DNA of 64,000 bases from Mogibacterium sp. (GCA_017433975.1 JAFRGD010000024.1:5595-69594), one strand, 5' to 3'; numbered from the stretch's first letter, positions 52,555 to 62,718 are shown. Notes: generated by a model not told the origin, from the sequence alone. Translations and numbers: made by a program.

Positions 52555-53799
52555 TTACAGCTTATCTATCTTTGCAGCGGTCTGCCGCGTCACATACGCC
52601 TTGATGTGAACGCCGTCCGCTTCGTATTCTTCACTCAGTAACTGCCCCGACCGCCGGACCTCCGCGAGGACGGCGGTATTCGCGTAAGGAATCACCGCGT
52701 CGACCCGGACCCGGTTCTCCCGGAGCAGCCGTTCGACCGCTTCGTAAAGGTCCTCCATGCCTGCGCCGGTCTTTGCGGAGATCATGACCGAGGCGTCCGC
52801 GCGGAAGTCCCGGAGCGGCGTACTCTCCGGAAGCAGGTCCACCTTGTTCCACGCGGTGATGACCGGCTTTCCGATGATGCCGAGGTCGCGCAGGGTGTCC
52901 GCGACGACCTCCATGTGCATGGCCGCATGCGGGTCCGCCGCGTCGACGACCTGCAGGATGATGTCCGCGTAGCCCGCCTCCTCCAGCGTGCTCCGGAACG
53001 CGTCGATCAGGTGGTGCGGCAGTTTATTGATAAAGCCGACCGTGTCCGTGAAAAGGACCGCCTGCCCGTCCGGCAGGACCGCCGTGCGGGTGGTCGGGTC
53101 GAGCGTCGCGAACAGTTTATCCTCCGAAAGGACTGCGGAGTCCGTCAGGCGGTTCAGTAAGGTCGACTTGCCGGCGTTGGTGTAGCCGACGATCGCAACG
53201 GTCGGGACCGCACCGGCCGTCCGGCGCTTGCGCGTCGTCTCGCGGACCCGCTTCATCGCTTCGATGTCATCGGAGAGCACCTTGATGCGCCGCTGGATCA
53301 CGCGGCGGTCTGTTTCGAGCTTGGTCTCGCCCGGGCCCCGCGTTCCGATGCCCGCGCCGAGCCGGGAGAGCGCCTCACCCATGCCCCGCAGGCGCGACGC
53401 GCGGTATTTCAGTTGGGCGATTTCGACCTGGATCCGGCCCTCCCGGGTCTTTGCGTGCGCCGCAAAGATATCCAGGATCACCATCGTCCGGTCGAGGACC
53501 TTGGCGCCGATGAGGTCGGAAAGATTGCGGAACTGCGCCGGCGTCAGTTCATCGTCGCAGACGACCCCATCCGCTTCGTAAAGTTCCAGCATCTCCCGGA
53601 CCTCCTCCGCCTTGCCCTTGCCGAGGTACGTCGCGCGGTCCGGATGCGCGAGCCGCTGCACGACAAAGCAGACCGCCTCCGCGTCCGCCGTCTCAAGGAG
53701 CGCCTCGAGCTCCTCCAGCGAATCCAGCGCGGCCTGTTCTTCCCCGGCTGCGACCGCAGCCAGAATGTACCGCTCCTTATGCTCTGTCTGTTCTGTCAT
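52555..53799 (-). CDS. hflX: GTPase HflX
   Basis: 414 aa with the HflX N-domain, G1 GYTNAGKST and G3 DTVGF, in HflX-typical layout. Confidence 0.92.
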   Translation of the reverse strand: MTEQTEHKERYILAAVAAGEEQAALDSLEELEALLETADAEAVCFVVQRLAHPDRATYLGKGKAEEVREMLELYEADGVVCDDELTPAQFRNLSDLIGAKVLDRTMVILDIFAAHAKTREGRIQVEIAQLKYRASRLRGMGEALSRLGAGIGTRGPGETKLETDRRVIQRRIKVLSDDIEAMKRVRETTRKRRTAGAVPTVAIVGYTNAGKSTLLNRLTDSAVLSEDKLFATLDPTTRTAVLPDGQAVLFTDTVGFINKLPHHLIDAFRSTLEEAGYADIILQVVDAADPHAAMHMEVVADTLRDLGIIGKPVITAWNKVDLLPESTPLRDFRADASVMISAKTGAGMEDLYEAVERLLRENRVRVDAVIPYANTAVLAEVRRSGQLLSEEYEADGVHIKAYVTRQTAAKIDKL

Positions 53800-54614
53800 A
53801 TCCTCCCGTCGCGAAAGAGCATGATCATCTCATTCGTCATACTGTTGTCTTCGTAACTCCCCGGAATCTCATCCCGGCAGAGCCAGACGCCTTCCTTCAA
53901 CTCATTCCGGTCGAGCCGGATGGTATCGTCCCCGTCCACTTCGCAATAGTAGCCGACCAGGATGTCGTCCACGATGCCCCACGGCTGGGACTTGTAATAC
54001 CGAATATTCTTTACTTTGAGGCCGACCTCCTCCATGACCTCGCGCGCCACCGTCTCCTCGAGCGTCTCCCCAATCTCGGTGAAACCGGCGATCAAGGCGT
54101 AGTTGGAATACGGCCGGTTGGCGTACCGGGTCAGGAGGATCCGGTCCCCGTTGGTCACCGCGACGATGACCGCGGGTACGATCTTTGGATAGACCGTGTT
54201 CCCGCAGTTCGGGCAGACCAGCGCCCGCTCGGTCGCCGAGAAGTCCATCCGGCCGGCGCACCTGCCGCAATAGCGGTTGTTGGCGTACCAGTTCACGAGC
54301 TGGAACCCCGTGAGGGCCGTGAAGGCCTGCTCCTTTGGGATGACCTTACGGAGCTCGCGCATGCCGACGTATTCGTATCCCTCGCCCGGATCGGCTTTGT
54401 CCGCCGGCATGAAGCACGCGCGGTCGTCCAGCCGGAGCAGGAAGATCCCGTCCGTCACGCCGAGGTCGCGCGCCGTCGGCAGAACCGGTGAACTGCCGCT
54501 CATCTTGACCAGCGCCTTATTCCCGTCGATCTGCAGGATCAGGCTGCCCGGCGTGAGTTCTGCTTCCGGTTCGAATTCGTTGTGCAGTTTGTGCGGAAAG
54601 ATGTCCTGTATCAT
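53796..54614 (-). CDS. nudC: NAD(+) diphosphatase (NADH pyrophosphatase, Nudix)
   Basis: 272 aa with the Zn ribbon CGRCAGRM....CPNCGNTVYP and the Nudix box GFTEIGETLEETVAREVMEEVG. There is a 4-nt overlap with hflX. Confidence 0.85.
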   Translation of the reverse strand: MIQDIFPHKLHNEFEPEAELTPGSLILQIDGNKALVKMSGSSPVLPTARDLGVTDGIFLLRLDDRACFMPADKADPGEGYEYVGMRELRKVIPKEQAFTALTGFQLVNWYANNRYCGRCAGRMDFSATERALVCPNCGNTVYPKIVPAVIVAVTNGDRILLTRYANRPYSNYALIAGFTEIGETLEETVAREVMEEVGLKVKNIRYYKSQPWGIVDDILVGYYCEVDGDDTIRLDRNELKEGVWLCRDEIPGSYEDNSMTNEMIMLFRDGRI

Positions 54615-54626
54615 GGTCCTTTCACC

Positions 54627-55538
54627 CTAATTATTATCCACTTCTTTAATATCAGAAAAGCCCTTGTCCCGGCCCCAGACCGTCGTGACCGGCATGATGG
54701 TCGCAAAGGCGGACGGGTCCTTGGCCGCGACGAAGCGCTTGATCAGGACGCTCTCCCGCGGCGTGCAGACCGTCGTCAGCGTGCGGCGTTCCTGCTTGGT
54801 GTACTCGCCCCGCGAGACATGCGAGGTGACCGCGCGGCCGATGTCTTTCATAATGTAGTCCGCGATAGCGTCCGGCTCGCTCGAGATGATGTCGAACTGG
54901 ATAAACTGCCCGGAAATGCCGAGCATGACCGCGGAGATGACCCTGGCCGCGATAAACGCGGTAATCAGGGCGTACAATGCCACGTTGGTGTTGAAGACGA
55001 ACGCGGAGATCAGGATGATCGTCCCGTCGATTGCGAGCTGGATGTTCCCCACAGGAACATAGTTGAATACCTTATATTTCAGAACCCGCGCGATGGAATC
55101 CGTTCCGCCGGACGAAAAGCCGCCGATGTAGCCGACGCCCGTCGCAATTCCATAGAATACGCCGATCAGGACCGACGCAAGGAGCGGGTCGTTTTCGCTC
55201 AGGAGGACAAAGCCCGTCCGTTCGCAGAGATACAACATAATCGGATACGCGAACGCCAGCGCGATGATCCGCCCGACCTCGGCCCGTCCCATCGTAAGCG
55301 CGACGACGATGACGATGACCATCGAAATACCGTAGTATACGATGGAGTAATTGACCGGAACGAAGTGCGTGATGAGGCGCGCGATGCCCGGGACGCCGCC
55401 CGACGTCATGCCGTTTGGGATCATGACGCAAATCTGTACGGAAGAACCGAAGAACGCAGAAACGATGACGATCAGCGCGTTTTTCAGAAACGATTTTGCC
55501 TTTGCCCCGCCCGCATCCGGGGCGCTTTTGTCACTCAT
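54627..55538 (-). CDS. YitT-family membrane protein with C-terminal DUF2179 domain
   Basis: 303 aa with about 5 TM helices and GGTD (FSSGGTDSIA), plus a soluble C-terminal domain. Confidence 0.8.
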   Translation of the reverse strand: MSDKSAPDAGGAKAKSFLKNALIVIVSAFFGSSVQICVMIPNGMTSGGVPGIARLITHFVPVNYSIVYYGISMVIVIVVALTMGRAEVGRIIALAFAYPIMLYLCERTGFVLLSENDPLLASVLIGVFYGIATGVGYIGGFSSGGTDSIARVLKYKVFNYVPVGNIQLAIDGTIILISAFVFNTNVALYALITAFIAARVISAVMLGISGQFIQFDIISSEPDAIADYIMKDIGRAVTSHVSRGEYTKQERRTLTTVCTPRESVLIKRFVAAKDPSAFATIMPVTTVWGRDKGFSDIKEVDNN

Positions 55539-55612
55539 AGGATGTCCCTTTCCAACGTAAAGTCATACATAGTTATTTTATTCCCTTTTGGCGCGCGGCG
55601 CAATGCCTGCAC

Positions 55613-55656
55613 GAAAAAACCGGGCGGCTCCGCGTCGGTCCGCGAAGCCCGCCCGA
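55613..55656 (-). terminator. Terminator downstream of the BMP-type ABC transporter operon
   Basis: Long GC-rich hairpin (about 15 bp, cgggcgggcttcgcg...cgcggagccgcccg on the minus strand) followed by UUUUUU. Confidence 0.85.
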
Positions 55657-55695
55657 TTGATCTTTTGCAATTCTGCGTTGCCGCAGGTTCCGGGA

Positions 55696-56703
55696 TTACC
55701 GCATGCCCTTGTCGTACGGGATACCCTCTGCCTTCGGCACTCTGGAGCTCTTGGACGTGAACGCCAGAACAATCAGAGTGATGATGTATGGCAGCATCCG
55801 GTAGACGTACGGGCTGATGCCGAGGTTGTTCAGCAGATACACGCCGTCCCCGTTGATGTCCAGCGTCGCGTACGTCGCCGCGATGCACTTGAACAGGCCG
55901 AAGAGGCAGGCACCGCCGGCGATGTTGAGCGGCGTCCAGTTACCGAAGATCATGACGGCGAGGGCGAGGAAGCCGTAGCCCGCGACGTCACCGTTGGACG
56001 TCATGTTGGCGGTCGTCAGCGCGAAGGTGAAGCCGCCGACGCCGGCGAGGAAGCCGGACAGTCCCACGCCGAGGTATCTCATCTTGTAGACGTTGATACC
56101 CAGCGAGTCCGCTGCCTGCGGGTTCTCGCCGCAGGACCGGAGCCGCATGCCGATCTTGGTCTTATACAGGAAAATCGATACCAGTATGAAGATCAGGATG
56201 CAGATGTAACTTGTCAGATAAACTTTATTGATAAAGAAGTCCAGGACCGGGCCGAAGCTGTATCCTTTTGGATATCCGAACGTCTGCGGCTTGATCATGA
56301 ACCAGCCCGCAGCGCCTCCCTCCGCCATGCCGATGGTGTTCTGCTGAACGATCATGTAGATGAAGAACATGACGATCGCAGGCGCCAGCATGTTTAGCGC
56401 GGTACCGCCGATGGTCTGGTCCGCCTTGAGGTTGATGGCCGAGAACGCGAGCAGCATCGAGAACGCGATGCCGCAGAGTCCGCAGAGAAGCAGGGAGAAG
56501 AGCATGATGAGCTGCCCCTGTTCCTGCTGCCATCCGCCGTTCTGGAACATCCGGATGAAGATGACCCCCATGAACGCGCCGAAGATCATGGTTCCTTCGA
56601 GCGCCAGGTTGATGACGCCGGACCGCTCCGCGCAGACACCGGCCAGCGCGACGATCATCAGAGGGACCGCATAAAGCATTGTTTGCTGCAGTAAGAATAC
56701 CAT
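55696..56703 (-). CDS. BMP-family (nucleoside/simple-sugar type) ABC transporter permease 2
   Basis: 335-aa polytopic ORF of the branched-chain-aa/ribose-type permease family. It is the last gene of the SBP-ATPase-permease-permease operon. Confidence 0.85.
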   Translation of the reverse strand: MVFLLQQTMLYAVPLMIVALAGVCAERSGVINLALEGTMIFGAFMGVIFIRMFQNGGWQQEQGQLIMLFSLLLCGLCGIAFSMLLAFSAINLKADQTIGGTALNMLAPAIVMFFIYMIVQQNTIGMAEGGAAGWFMIKPQTFGYPKGYSFGPVLDFFINKVYLTSYICILIFILVSIFLYKTKIGMRLRSCGENPQAADSLGINVYKMRYLGVGLSGFLAGVGGFTFALTTANMTSNGDVAGYGFLALAVMIFGNWTPLNIAGGACLFGLFKCIAATYATLDINGDGVYLLNNLGISPYVYRMLPYIITLIVLAFTSKSSRVPKAEGIPYDKGMR

Positions 56704-58019
56704 TATTCCTCCCCTCCTTTCTTCGCGACGGTTTCCGCAATCTCGACCGCTTCCGCGACCTCACTGACCAGTTCATCCAGTGATTCCGGCGGCGAATCGT
56801 CGTCGGCCGGGACCGGCTCCGCGTTGACGTTGCCGGTGTCGTGCTTGATGCGCTTGGACAGCACGGTCTTGAAGAGCATCGAGAACGCCGACAGGTATAC
56901 GATGACCGCGATGATGATATCCGCGATATACTCGTTGTACGCCGTCAGGTATTTCAGCTGGATGCCGGAGATGTTGAGCATCGACATGAACACGCCCGAG
57001 AAGATGACGCCGATCGGGTGGTTGGCTGCGAGCAGTGCCACCGGGATGCCGTTGAAGCCCTCGGCCGGGAGTTTCTGGTACGTGGACCAGTAGAACTCCG
57101 TGTTGCCCGAGAGGTAGTACAGCGAAGCGCCGGCCGCCGCGAGCGCACCCGCGATCGCCATCGACAGGATGATGTTCCGCTTGTCGTTGATGCCCGCGTA
57201 TTTGGCCGCGTGGCGGTTTGCGCCGCAGGCGCGGAGCTCGTACCCGAACGTGGTCTTGGTCATCATGATGTACATCGCGACCGCGATCAGAATCGCGATC
57301 CAGAAGCCGCCGTTCGCCTGGGAACCGGCAAACAGTTTATCCATGAGGAGCTTTGGCGTGACGACGCCGACGTTCTTGAGCGGGATGATGTACCCGACCT
57401 TGCCGCCCTCGGCGGAGTTCTTGAAGACGTCGTGCGCGTCGAACCACCAGGTGACCAGGTTGGCCGCGATCCAGTTGGTCATGATGCACGTGATGACCTC
57501 ATTGATATTGAGAAAGGCCTTGAATATCCCCGGAATCGATCCCCAGAGCGCGCCGAGGAGCACGCCGGTGAGGAACGCGCAGAGCCATGCGATGCCCTTC
57601 GGGCAGCCGCTGTTCCCGAGCCACAGGCCGACGGACAGCGTTCCCATCGTACCCATGAGGTACTGGCCGGCGGCTCCGATATTGAAGAGGCCGGTCTTGA
57701 ACGCGACCGCGACCGCAAGGCCGGTCATGATGAGCGGCGTCGCGCGGAACAGCATGTTACCGATGTTGACCCCGTTGAAGCCAAAGGTCAGGTTGCCCGC
57801 CGAGTCACGGCCCGTCGAGAAGACGCCGAGGAAGACGAGGCGGATGCCCTCCCAGATACCTTTGGTGGAGATATTGGCTTTGGCCATGCCGACGATGATG
57901 ACGATGACCGCACCGACGGCCATGCCGATCAGGATGGAGATCAGAGCGGAATAGACCGCAACCGCCCCTTCGGACTTATACCATTTGAGTTTCCCTGTGA
58001 ACGGATCCTTGCCAGGCAT
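56703..58019 (-). CDS. BMP-family ABC transporter permease 1, with an acidic ~45-aa C-terminal tail
   Basis: 438-aa polytopic ORF. The C-terminus NAEPVPADDDSPPESLDELVSEVAEAVEIAETVAKKGGEE is hydrophilic and acidic. Confidence 0.85.
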   Translation of the reverse strand: MPGKDPFTGKLKWYKSEGAVAVYSALISILIGMAVGAVIVIIVGMAKANISTKGIWEGIRLVFLGVFSTGRDSAGNLTFGFNGVNIGNMLFRATPLIMTGLAVAVAFKTGLFNIGAAGQYLMGTMGTLSVGLWLGNSGCPKGIAWLCAFLTGVLLGALWGSIPGIFKAFLNINEVITCIMTNWIAANLVTWWFDAHDVFKNSAEGGKVGYIIPLKNVGVVTPKLLMDKLFAGSQANGGFWIAILIAVAMYIMMTKTTFGYELRACGANRHAAKYAGINDKRNIILSMAIAGALAAAGASLYYLSGNTEFYWSTYQKLPAEGFNGIPVALLAANHPIGVIFSGVFMSMLNISGIQLKYLTAYNEYIADIIIAVIVYLSAFSMLFKTVLSKRIKHDTGNVNAEPVPADDDSPPESLDELVSEVAEAVEIAETVAKKGGEE

Positions 58020-59558
58020 TTACTCCACCCCCTTTCCCTGTCTCTTCGCACCGGACATGTACAGGCCGAGCTCTTCCGGCGTGGTCTGTTTCGGATCGAC
58101 CTCGCCGACGATCTCGCCTTCGTAGATGACGAGGATCCGGTCGGACAGGCCCATGACCTCTTCGAGCTCGAGCGAGACAAGCAGGACCGCATGGCCCTTA
58201 TCCCGCTCAGCGACGATCTGGTTGTGAATGTGCTCGATGGCGCCGACGTCCAGACCGCGGGTCGGCTGGACCGCGACCAGCAGCGGCTCCTCCCGGTCGA
58301 GTTCCCGGGCGATGATCGCTTTCTGCTGGTTGCCGCCGGACATCGCGCGCGCGACGGTGACCGGACCCTGGCCGGACCGGACGTCGTAGTCCTTGATCAG
58401 CTTTTCGGCATACTGCCGGACCTCACCGAACTTGATGAAGCCGTGGTTCTGGAACCGCGGTTCTTTATACTTCTGCAGGACCATGTTCTGCTCCAGCGTG
58501 TAGGACAGAACCAGGCCGTGTTTATGACGGTCCTCCGGGATGTGCGACATGCCGGACAGCGCGCGCTCGCGGATCGAGGCCTTGGAGATGTCCTTGCCGC
58601 AGAGGGTGATCGTCCCCGCCGTCGCCTTTTCCAGACCCGTCAGACCGTAGATCAGCTCGGTCTGGCCGTTTCCGTCGATACCGGCGATACAGAGGATCTC
58701 CCCTGCCCGCACCTCGAACGAAACGTCGTTGACGGCATTGTTCTTGTGAATCTTGGACGGTACCGTCAGCCCTTCGACCTTGAGCACAACCTCGCCCGGC
58801 GTCGCGTCTTTCTTGTCCAGCTCGAGCTGGACCGGACGGCCGACCATCATGTTGGAGAGCTCCTGCTTGTTGGTGTCTTTGGTGTTGACCGTGCCGATGT
58901 ATTTTCCCTTGCGGAGTACCGTAACGCGGTCGGATACCGCCATGATTTCGTTCAGTTTGTGCGTGATGAAGAGGATGGACTTTCCTTCTTTGGCGAAGCC
59001 CTTCATGATCGCCATCAGCTCGTCGATCTCCTGCGGCGTAAGAACCGCAGTCGGCTCGTCAAAGATCAGGATCTCGTTGTCCCGGTACAGCATCTTGAGA
59101 ATTTCGACTCTCTGCTGCATGCCGACCGTGATGTCCTCGACCTTGGCGTCGACGTCGACCTTGAGGCCGTATTTCTCGGACAGCGCGAGGACTTTCTCCC
59201 GCGCTTCTTTCTTCTTGAGGAAGCCGAGGGCGCCGGTCGTCTCCGCGCCGAGGATGATGTTATCGAGGACCGTAAAAACGTCAATCAGTTTGAAGTGCTG
59301 GTGGACCATTCCGATGCCGAGCGCCGTGGCGTCGTTCGGATTGTTGATTTTGACGACCTGCCCGTCCTTTTTGATCTCGCCCGCTTCCGGCTGATACAAG
59401 CCGAAAAGGACGCTCATCAACGTGGACTTGCCCGCGCCGTTCTCTCCGAGCAGCGCGTGGATCTCGCCCTTTCGGAGCTGGAGGGTTATGTCGTCATTCG
59501 CCACGATCCCAGGGAACTCCTTGCGGATGTGGTTCATTTCAATGATGTATTCAGACAT
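58020..59558 (-). CDS. BMP-family ABC transporter ATP-binding protein (tandem ABC domains)
   Basis: 512 aa with two ABC cassettes (GENGAGKST; GIDGNGQTE; MSGGNQQK). Confidence 0.92.
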   Translation of the reverse strand: MSEYIIEMNHIRKEFPGIVANDDITLQLRKGEIHALLGENGAGKSTLMSVLFGLYQPEAGEIKKDGQVVKINNPNDATALGIGMVHQHFKLIDVFTVLDNIILGAETTGALGFLKKKEAREKVLALSEKYGLKVDVDAKVEDITVGMQQRVEILKMLYRDNEILIFDEPTAVLTPQEIDELMAIMKGFAKEGKSILFITHKLNEIMAVSDRVTVLRKGKYIGTVNTKDTNKQELSNMMVGRPVQLELDKKDATPGEVVLKVEGLTVPSKIHKNNAVNDVSFEVRAGEILCIAGIDGNGQTELIYGLTGLEKATAGTITLCGKDISKASIRERALSGMSHIPEDRHKHGLVLSYTLEQNMVLQKYKEPRFQNHGFIKFGEVRQYAEKLIKDYDVRSGQGPVTVARAMSGGNQQKAIIARELDREEPLLVAVQPTRGLDVGAIEHIHNQIVAERDKGHAVLLVSLELEEVMGLSDRILVIYEGEIVGEVDPKQTTPEELGLYMSGAKRQGKGVE

Positions 59559-59594
59559 AATGAATTCCTCTGCTGCTTCTCGTAAATTGCTTCG

Positions 59595-59619
59595 AAAAAA
59601 GGGGGAAGCAGCTTCCCCC
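59595..59619 (-). terminator. Intra-operon hairpin/partial terminator between the SBP and ATPase genes
   Basis: Stem gggggaa/ttccccc (up to 9 bp) followed on the minus strand by UUUUUU. It lies in the 101-nt gap between the SBP stop (59660) and the ATPase start (59558). Confidence 0.7.
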
Positions 59620-59659
59620 TTATCTCTGTTTCGTCAGACAAAACGCCTCGACTGCCGGA

Positions 59660-60802
59660 TTATTTTACGAATGTGATGTTCGCGAGTCCCGCAGAGCTCG
59701 GGTCAGCCATCTCGGAGTTGTTGTCGATGGTGATCTCACCGGACTTGATCTTCGCGAAGAGCTCCTGATACTCCTCAACGGTCCAGTTCTGGAGCGACCA
59801 GCTGTCAACTGGCAGGCCTACCGCGTCGTCCGCAGCGCCGAGCACGAGAGCGCCGGACTGCATGCCGTCGTTGTAGTAGTTGCCGAGCGAAATCATTACG
59901 GACTGGTCAAGGCCCTTCATCGCGGAAGTAACAACCGCGTCGGACTGGTTGGACTGGTCAACGTCAACGCCGATGATCGCAGCGTCCGCAGCCTCAGCTG
60001 CTGCCGCGCCGGAGTTGAACATCGTGCCGCCGCACATGAAGACGATCTCAGTGCCGGCGTTGAACCAACCGGCGAGCATCGCCTGCAGGTCGTCCGAAGC
60101 CGAGAAGGTCGAACCATAATCCCAGCTGTATCTCATCTCAACGGTCTCACCCTTAGCCGCAGCAGCGTCATTGACGCCCTGAGCATATCCGTAGCCGTAT
60201 CTGATGCAGGCAGGGTTCGCACCGCCGCCGCCGCCGGAGAATCCGAGCTTGGTGTAGCCTTCCATGACTGCAGCATAACCGGCAAGATATCCGGCCTGCT
60301 CTTCCTGATAGGATACGCCGAGGACGTTGTCAAGACCCATGTCCCAGCCATCAATGAAGATGAACTGAACTTCCGGATACTTTGGCGCAACTGCCTCAAG
60401 CGCGGTCGCCTGAAGGAATCCAGGCGTTACGATGACCTCAGCACCCGCGTCGCAGGCGTCGGTCATGGCTTTGATTCTGTCGTCGTCAGTAGCGTTGGAG
60501 CCGTTCGCTGGCTGATAGTATTTGTAGGTCTTACCATTCTGATAAGCGTACATTTTGCAGCCGTTCCAGGTGAACTGGTTGAACGAGCCGTCCTTCAGCT
60601 GGCCGACGTCCGTAACCATTGCGATCTGGTACGTACCGTCCTCAGACTCGCAGTTATCGTCGATATCATCGTAGGTAACCGCAGCCTTGTCGCCACCGTC
60701 ATCCGGCTCTGGTTCATCCGAACCACCGCCGCCACCGCCGCAAGCCGCAAGGCTCAGTGCCAGAATCGCAGCAAGGGTGAGTGCAAGAAATTTCTTCAAC
60801 AT
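59660..60802 (-). CDS. BMP-family (Med/PnrA-like) ABC transporter substrate-binding lipoprotein
   Basis: ORF 59660..60817. GAGGAGG precedes the ATG at 60800-60802 (MLKKFLALTLAAILALSLAACGGGG), giving a lipobox LAAC followed by a Gly/Asp-rich linker. Arg codons are AGA-biased, as in gdhA. Confidence 0.9.
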   Translation of the reverse strand: MLKKFLALTLAAILALSLAACGGGGGGSDEPEPDDGGDKAAVTYDDIDDNCESEDGTYQIAMVTDVGQLKDGSFNQFTWNGCKMYAYQNGKTYKYYQPANGSNATDDDRIKAMTDACDAGAEVIVTPGFLQATALEAVAPKYPEVQFIFIDGWDMGLDNVLGVSYQEEQAGYLAGYAAVMEGYTKLGFSGGGGGANPACIRYGYGYAQGVNDAAAAKGETVEMRYSWDYGSTFSASDDLQAMLAGWFNAGTEIVFMCGGTMFNSGAAAAEAADAAIIGVDVDQSNQSDAVVTSAMKGLDQSVMISLGNYYNDGMQSGALVLGAADDAVGLPVDSWSLQNWTVEEYQELFAKIKSGEITIDNNSEMADPSSAGLANITFVK

Positions 60803-61115
60803 TGTTTGCCTCCTCAAGGTATTGAATTAAAAACTTGTACAAGGAAATACTAGTACTGCTATATTATAATCTAACGTCAGCAAAAGATAAAGTATCATAT
60901 TCAAAAAATGCAAAAAGTAAAACATTTCAGATTGAAGACGGAAAAGTGCGCTTGTTGCAAGGGTACGGCTCGCGCCTCGTGCCGGCGACGCAGCGGTGCT
61001 AAGCTTTGCTTTCCGCCTTTTCCTCGGCAAAAAGATTTTTGAAATCCACAACCTGCTATTTATATGAGGTGGCACCTTGTAGTATTATTATGACATAGTA
61101 GTAAAGGAGTTTTTT

Positions 61116-61721
61116 ATGGCTAAACTATACTTCAAGTACGGAGCGATGGGCTCGTCCAAGTCCGCGCAGGCCCTGATTACAAAGTTCAATTATGAGGAAA
61201 AAGGCATGTCCGTCTGGCTGATCAAGCCGGGCACGGACAACCGGGACGGCGCCGACATCATCCAGAGCCGCATCGGTCTCCGGCAGGTCGCCCACGTCGT
61301 CTCTCCGGAGGACGACATCATCGCGGAATACCACAAGGCCGGCGACTATGACGTCATCATCGCCGACGAGGCGCAGTTCCTCACGCCGGAGCAGATCGAC
61401 GGTCTGCGCTGGCTGGTGGACGAGAAGGACCTGCCGGTGCTCTGTTTTGGGCTCCGGACGGACTTCCGCACCCACTTCTTCCCGGGGTCAAAGCGGCTCA
61501 TGGAGCTCGCGGACTCCATCACCGAGATCAAAACCATCTGCGAATGCGGCCGTAAGGCCACGGTCAACGCCCGCTTTGACAACAACGGCCGGATCATCAC
61601 CAAGGGCGCCCAGGTCGTCCTCGGCGGAAACGACCGGTATACCGCGATGTGTCATAAATGCTGGCGGAACCGGATCAAAGCGCAGGAACTGGAACTGACA
61701 ACAGGAGCGAAGACAAAATGA
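61116..61721 (+). CDS. tdk: Thymidine kinase
   Basis: 201 aa with the P-loop GAMGSSKS, DEAQF and the Zn ribbon C.CG...C..C. Confidence 0.95.
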   Translation: MAKLYFKYGAMGSSKSAQALITKFNYEEKGMSVWLIKPGTDNRDGADIIQSRIGLRQVAHVVSPEDDIIAEYHKAGDYDVIIADEAQFLTPEQIDGLRWLVDEKDLPVLCFGLRTDFRTHFFPGSKRLMELADSITEIKTICECGRKATVNARFDNNGRIITKGAQVVLGGNDRYTAMCHKCWRNRIKAQELELTTGAKTK

Positions 61722-62689
61722 ACGGATATGTAGTTGTCATCGGCGCGGCCAACATCGACATCGGCGGCGCGCCGATCAACCCGCTGATTCCGGCGGATTC
61801 CAACCCGGGCAACATCTCGATCACCTACGGCGGCGTCGCGCGCAACATCGCCAACAACTTAAGCCGCCTCGACGTGCCGGTCAAGCTGATCACCGCGGTC
61901 GGCGGCGATACGCTCGGCCGGGACCTTCTGCTGCACTGCGAGAAGAACGGAATCGACACGTCCCACGTGCTCGTCGACCCGAATGATACGTCTTCGATGT
62001 ACCTTTATATCAACAATGATGTCGGAGACATGGAGCTCGCCATCGACCACATCAAGATCGGCGACAAGATCACGCCGGAGTATCTGGACTCGGTCGAGCC
62101 GGTCATCAACGGCGCGGCGCTCGTCGTCGCGGACGGGAACATCTCTCGCGAGGCGTTTATCCATCTCAAGAAGATCTGCCGCGTCCCGATTTACGAAGAC
62201 CCGGTGTCCACGGCCCTCGCGGTCCGGATCCGGGACCAGCTGGACGGGGTCGACACCATGAAGCCAAACCGCCTCGAAGCGGAGTATCTCACCGGGATGA
62301 CCATCCGGACCGAAGCCGACTACCGGGCGGCGGCCGAGGCCATCCTGGCCATGGGCGTCGGGAGGGTCTTCATCTCCATGGGCGAAGAAGGCATGCTCGC
62401 CGCGGATCACGACGACATGTACATCATCGGGGAGTGCCCTGCGGAGGTCGTCTGCACGACCGGCGCGGGCGACTCCGCCACCGCCGCGATCGCCTGGGCG
62501 ACCCTCGCGGTCCGCGACCTCGCCGGGACTGCGGAGGCGCCGCAGAGCGCGCTCATCTTCGCCGCAAAGGCGGCCAACGCGGTCGCATCGCTCACGATCG
62601 GGTCCAAGGAGACGATCAGCCCGGCCCTCTCGCCGGCGGCCGTCCTCGACCGGATCGCCCGGCACAACATGACCGTCAAGAAGATTTAA
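61718..62689 (+). CDS. psuK: Pseudouridine kinase (PfkB family)
   Basis: The internal ATG of ORF 61658..62689 overlaps the tdk stop (ATGA). The protein has MNGYVVVIGAANIDIGG, GGVARNIA and TGAGDS. Confidence 0.85.
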   Translation: MNGYVVVIGAANIDIGGAPINPLIPADSNPGNISITYGGVARNIANNLSRLDVPVKLITAVGGDTLGRDLLLHCEKNGIDTSHVLVDPNDTSSMYLYINNDVGDMELAIDHIKIGDKITPEYLDSVEPVINGAALVVADGNISREAFIHLKKICRVPIYEDPVSTALAVRIRDQLDGVDTMKPNRLEAEYLTGMTIRTEADYRAAAEAILAMGVGRVFISMGEEGMLAADHDDMYIIGECPAEVVCTTGAGDSATAAIAWATLAVRDLAGTAEAPQSALIFAAKAANAVASLTIGSKETISPALSPAAVLDRIARHNMTVKKI

Positions 62690-62718
62690 ATCATAATGAA
62701 GAACAAGAGGAAACCAGA

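Noticed and set aside
56841-59585. 914-aa plus-strand ORF, the longest non-annotated ORF in the window
   Set aside because: It is antisense to the BMP-transporter permease and ATPase genes, which have clear Walker and signature motifs. It is D/R/E/V-rich low-information sequence, a typical high-GC shadow ORF.
60827-61075. 82-aa minus-strand ORF in the bmp/tdk intergenic region
   Set aside because: It has no RBS, its composition is implausible, and it runs through likely promoter elements. The region is treated as non-coding (see the GC-rich island finding).
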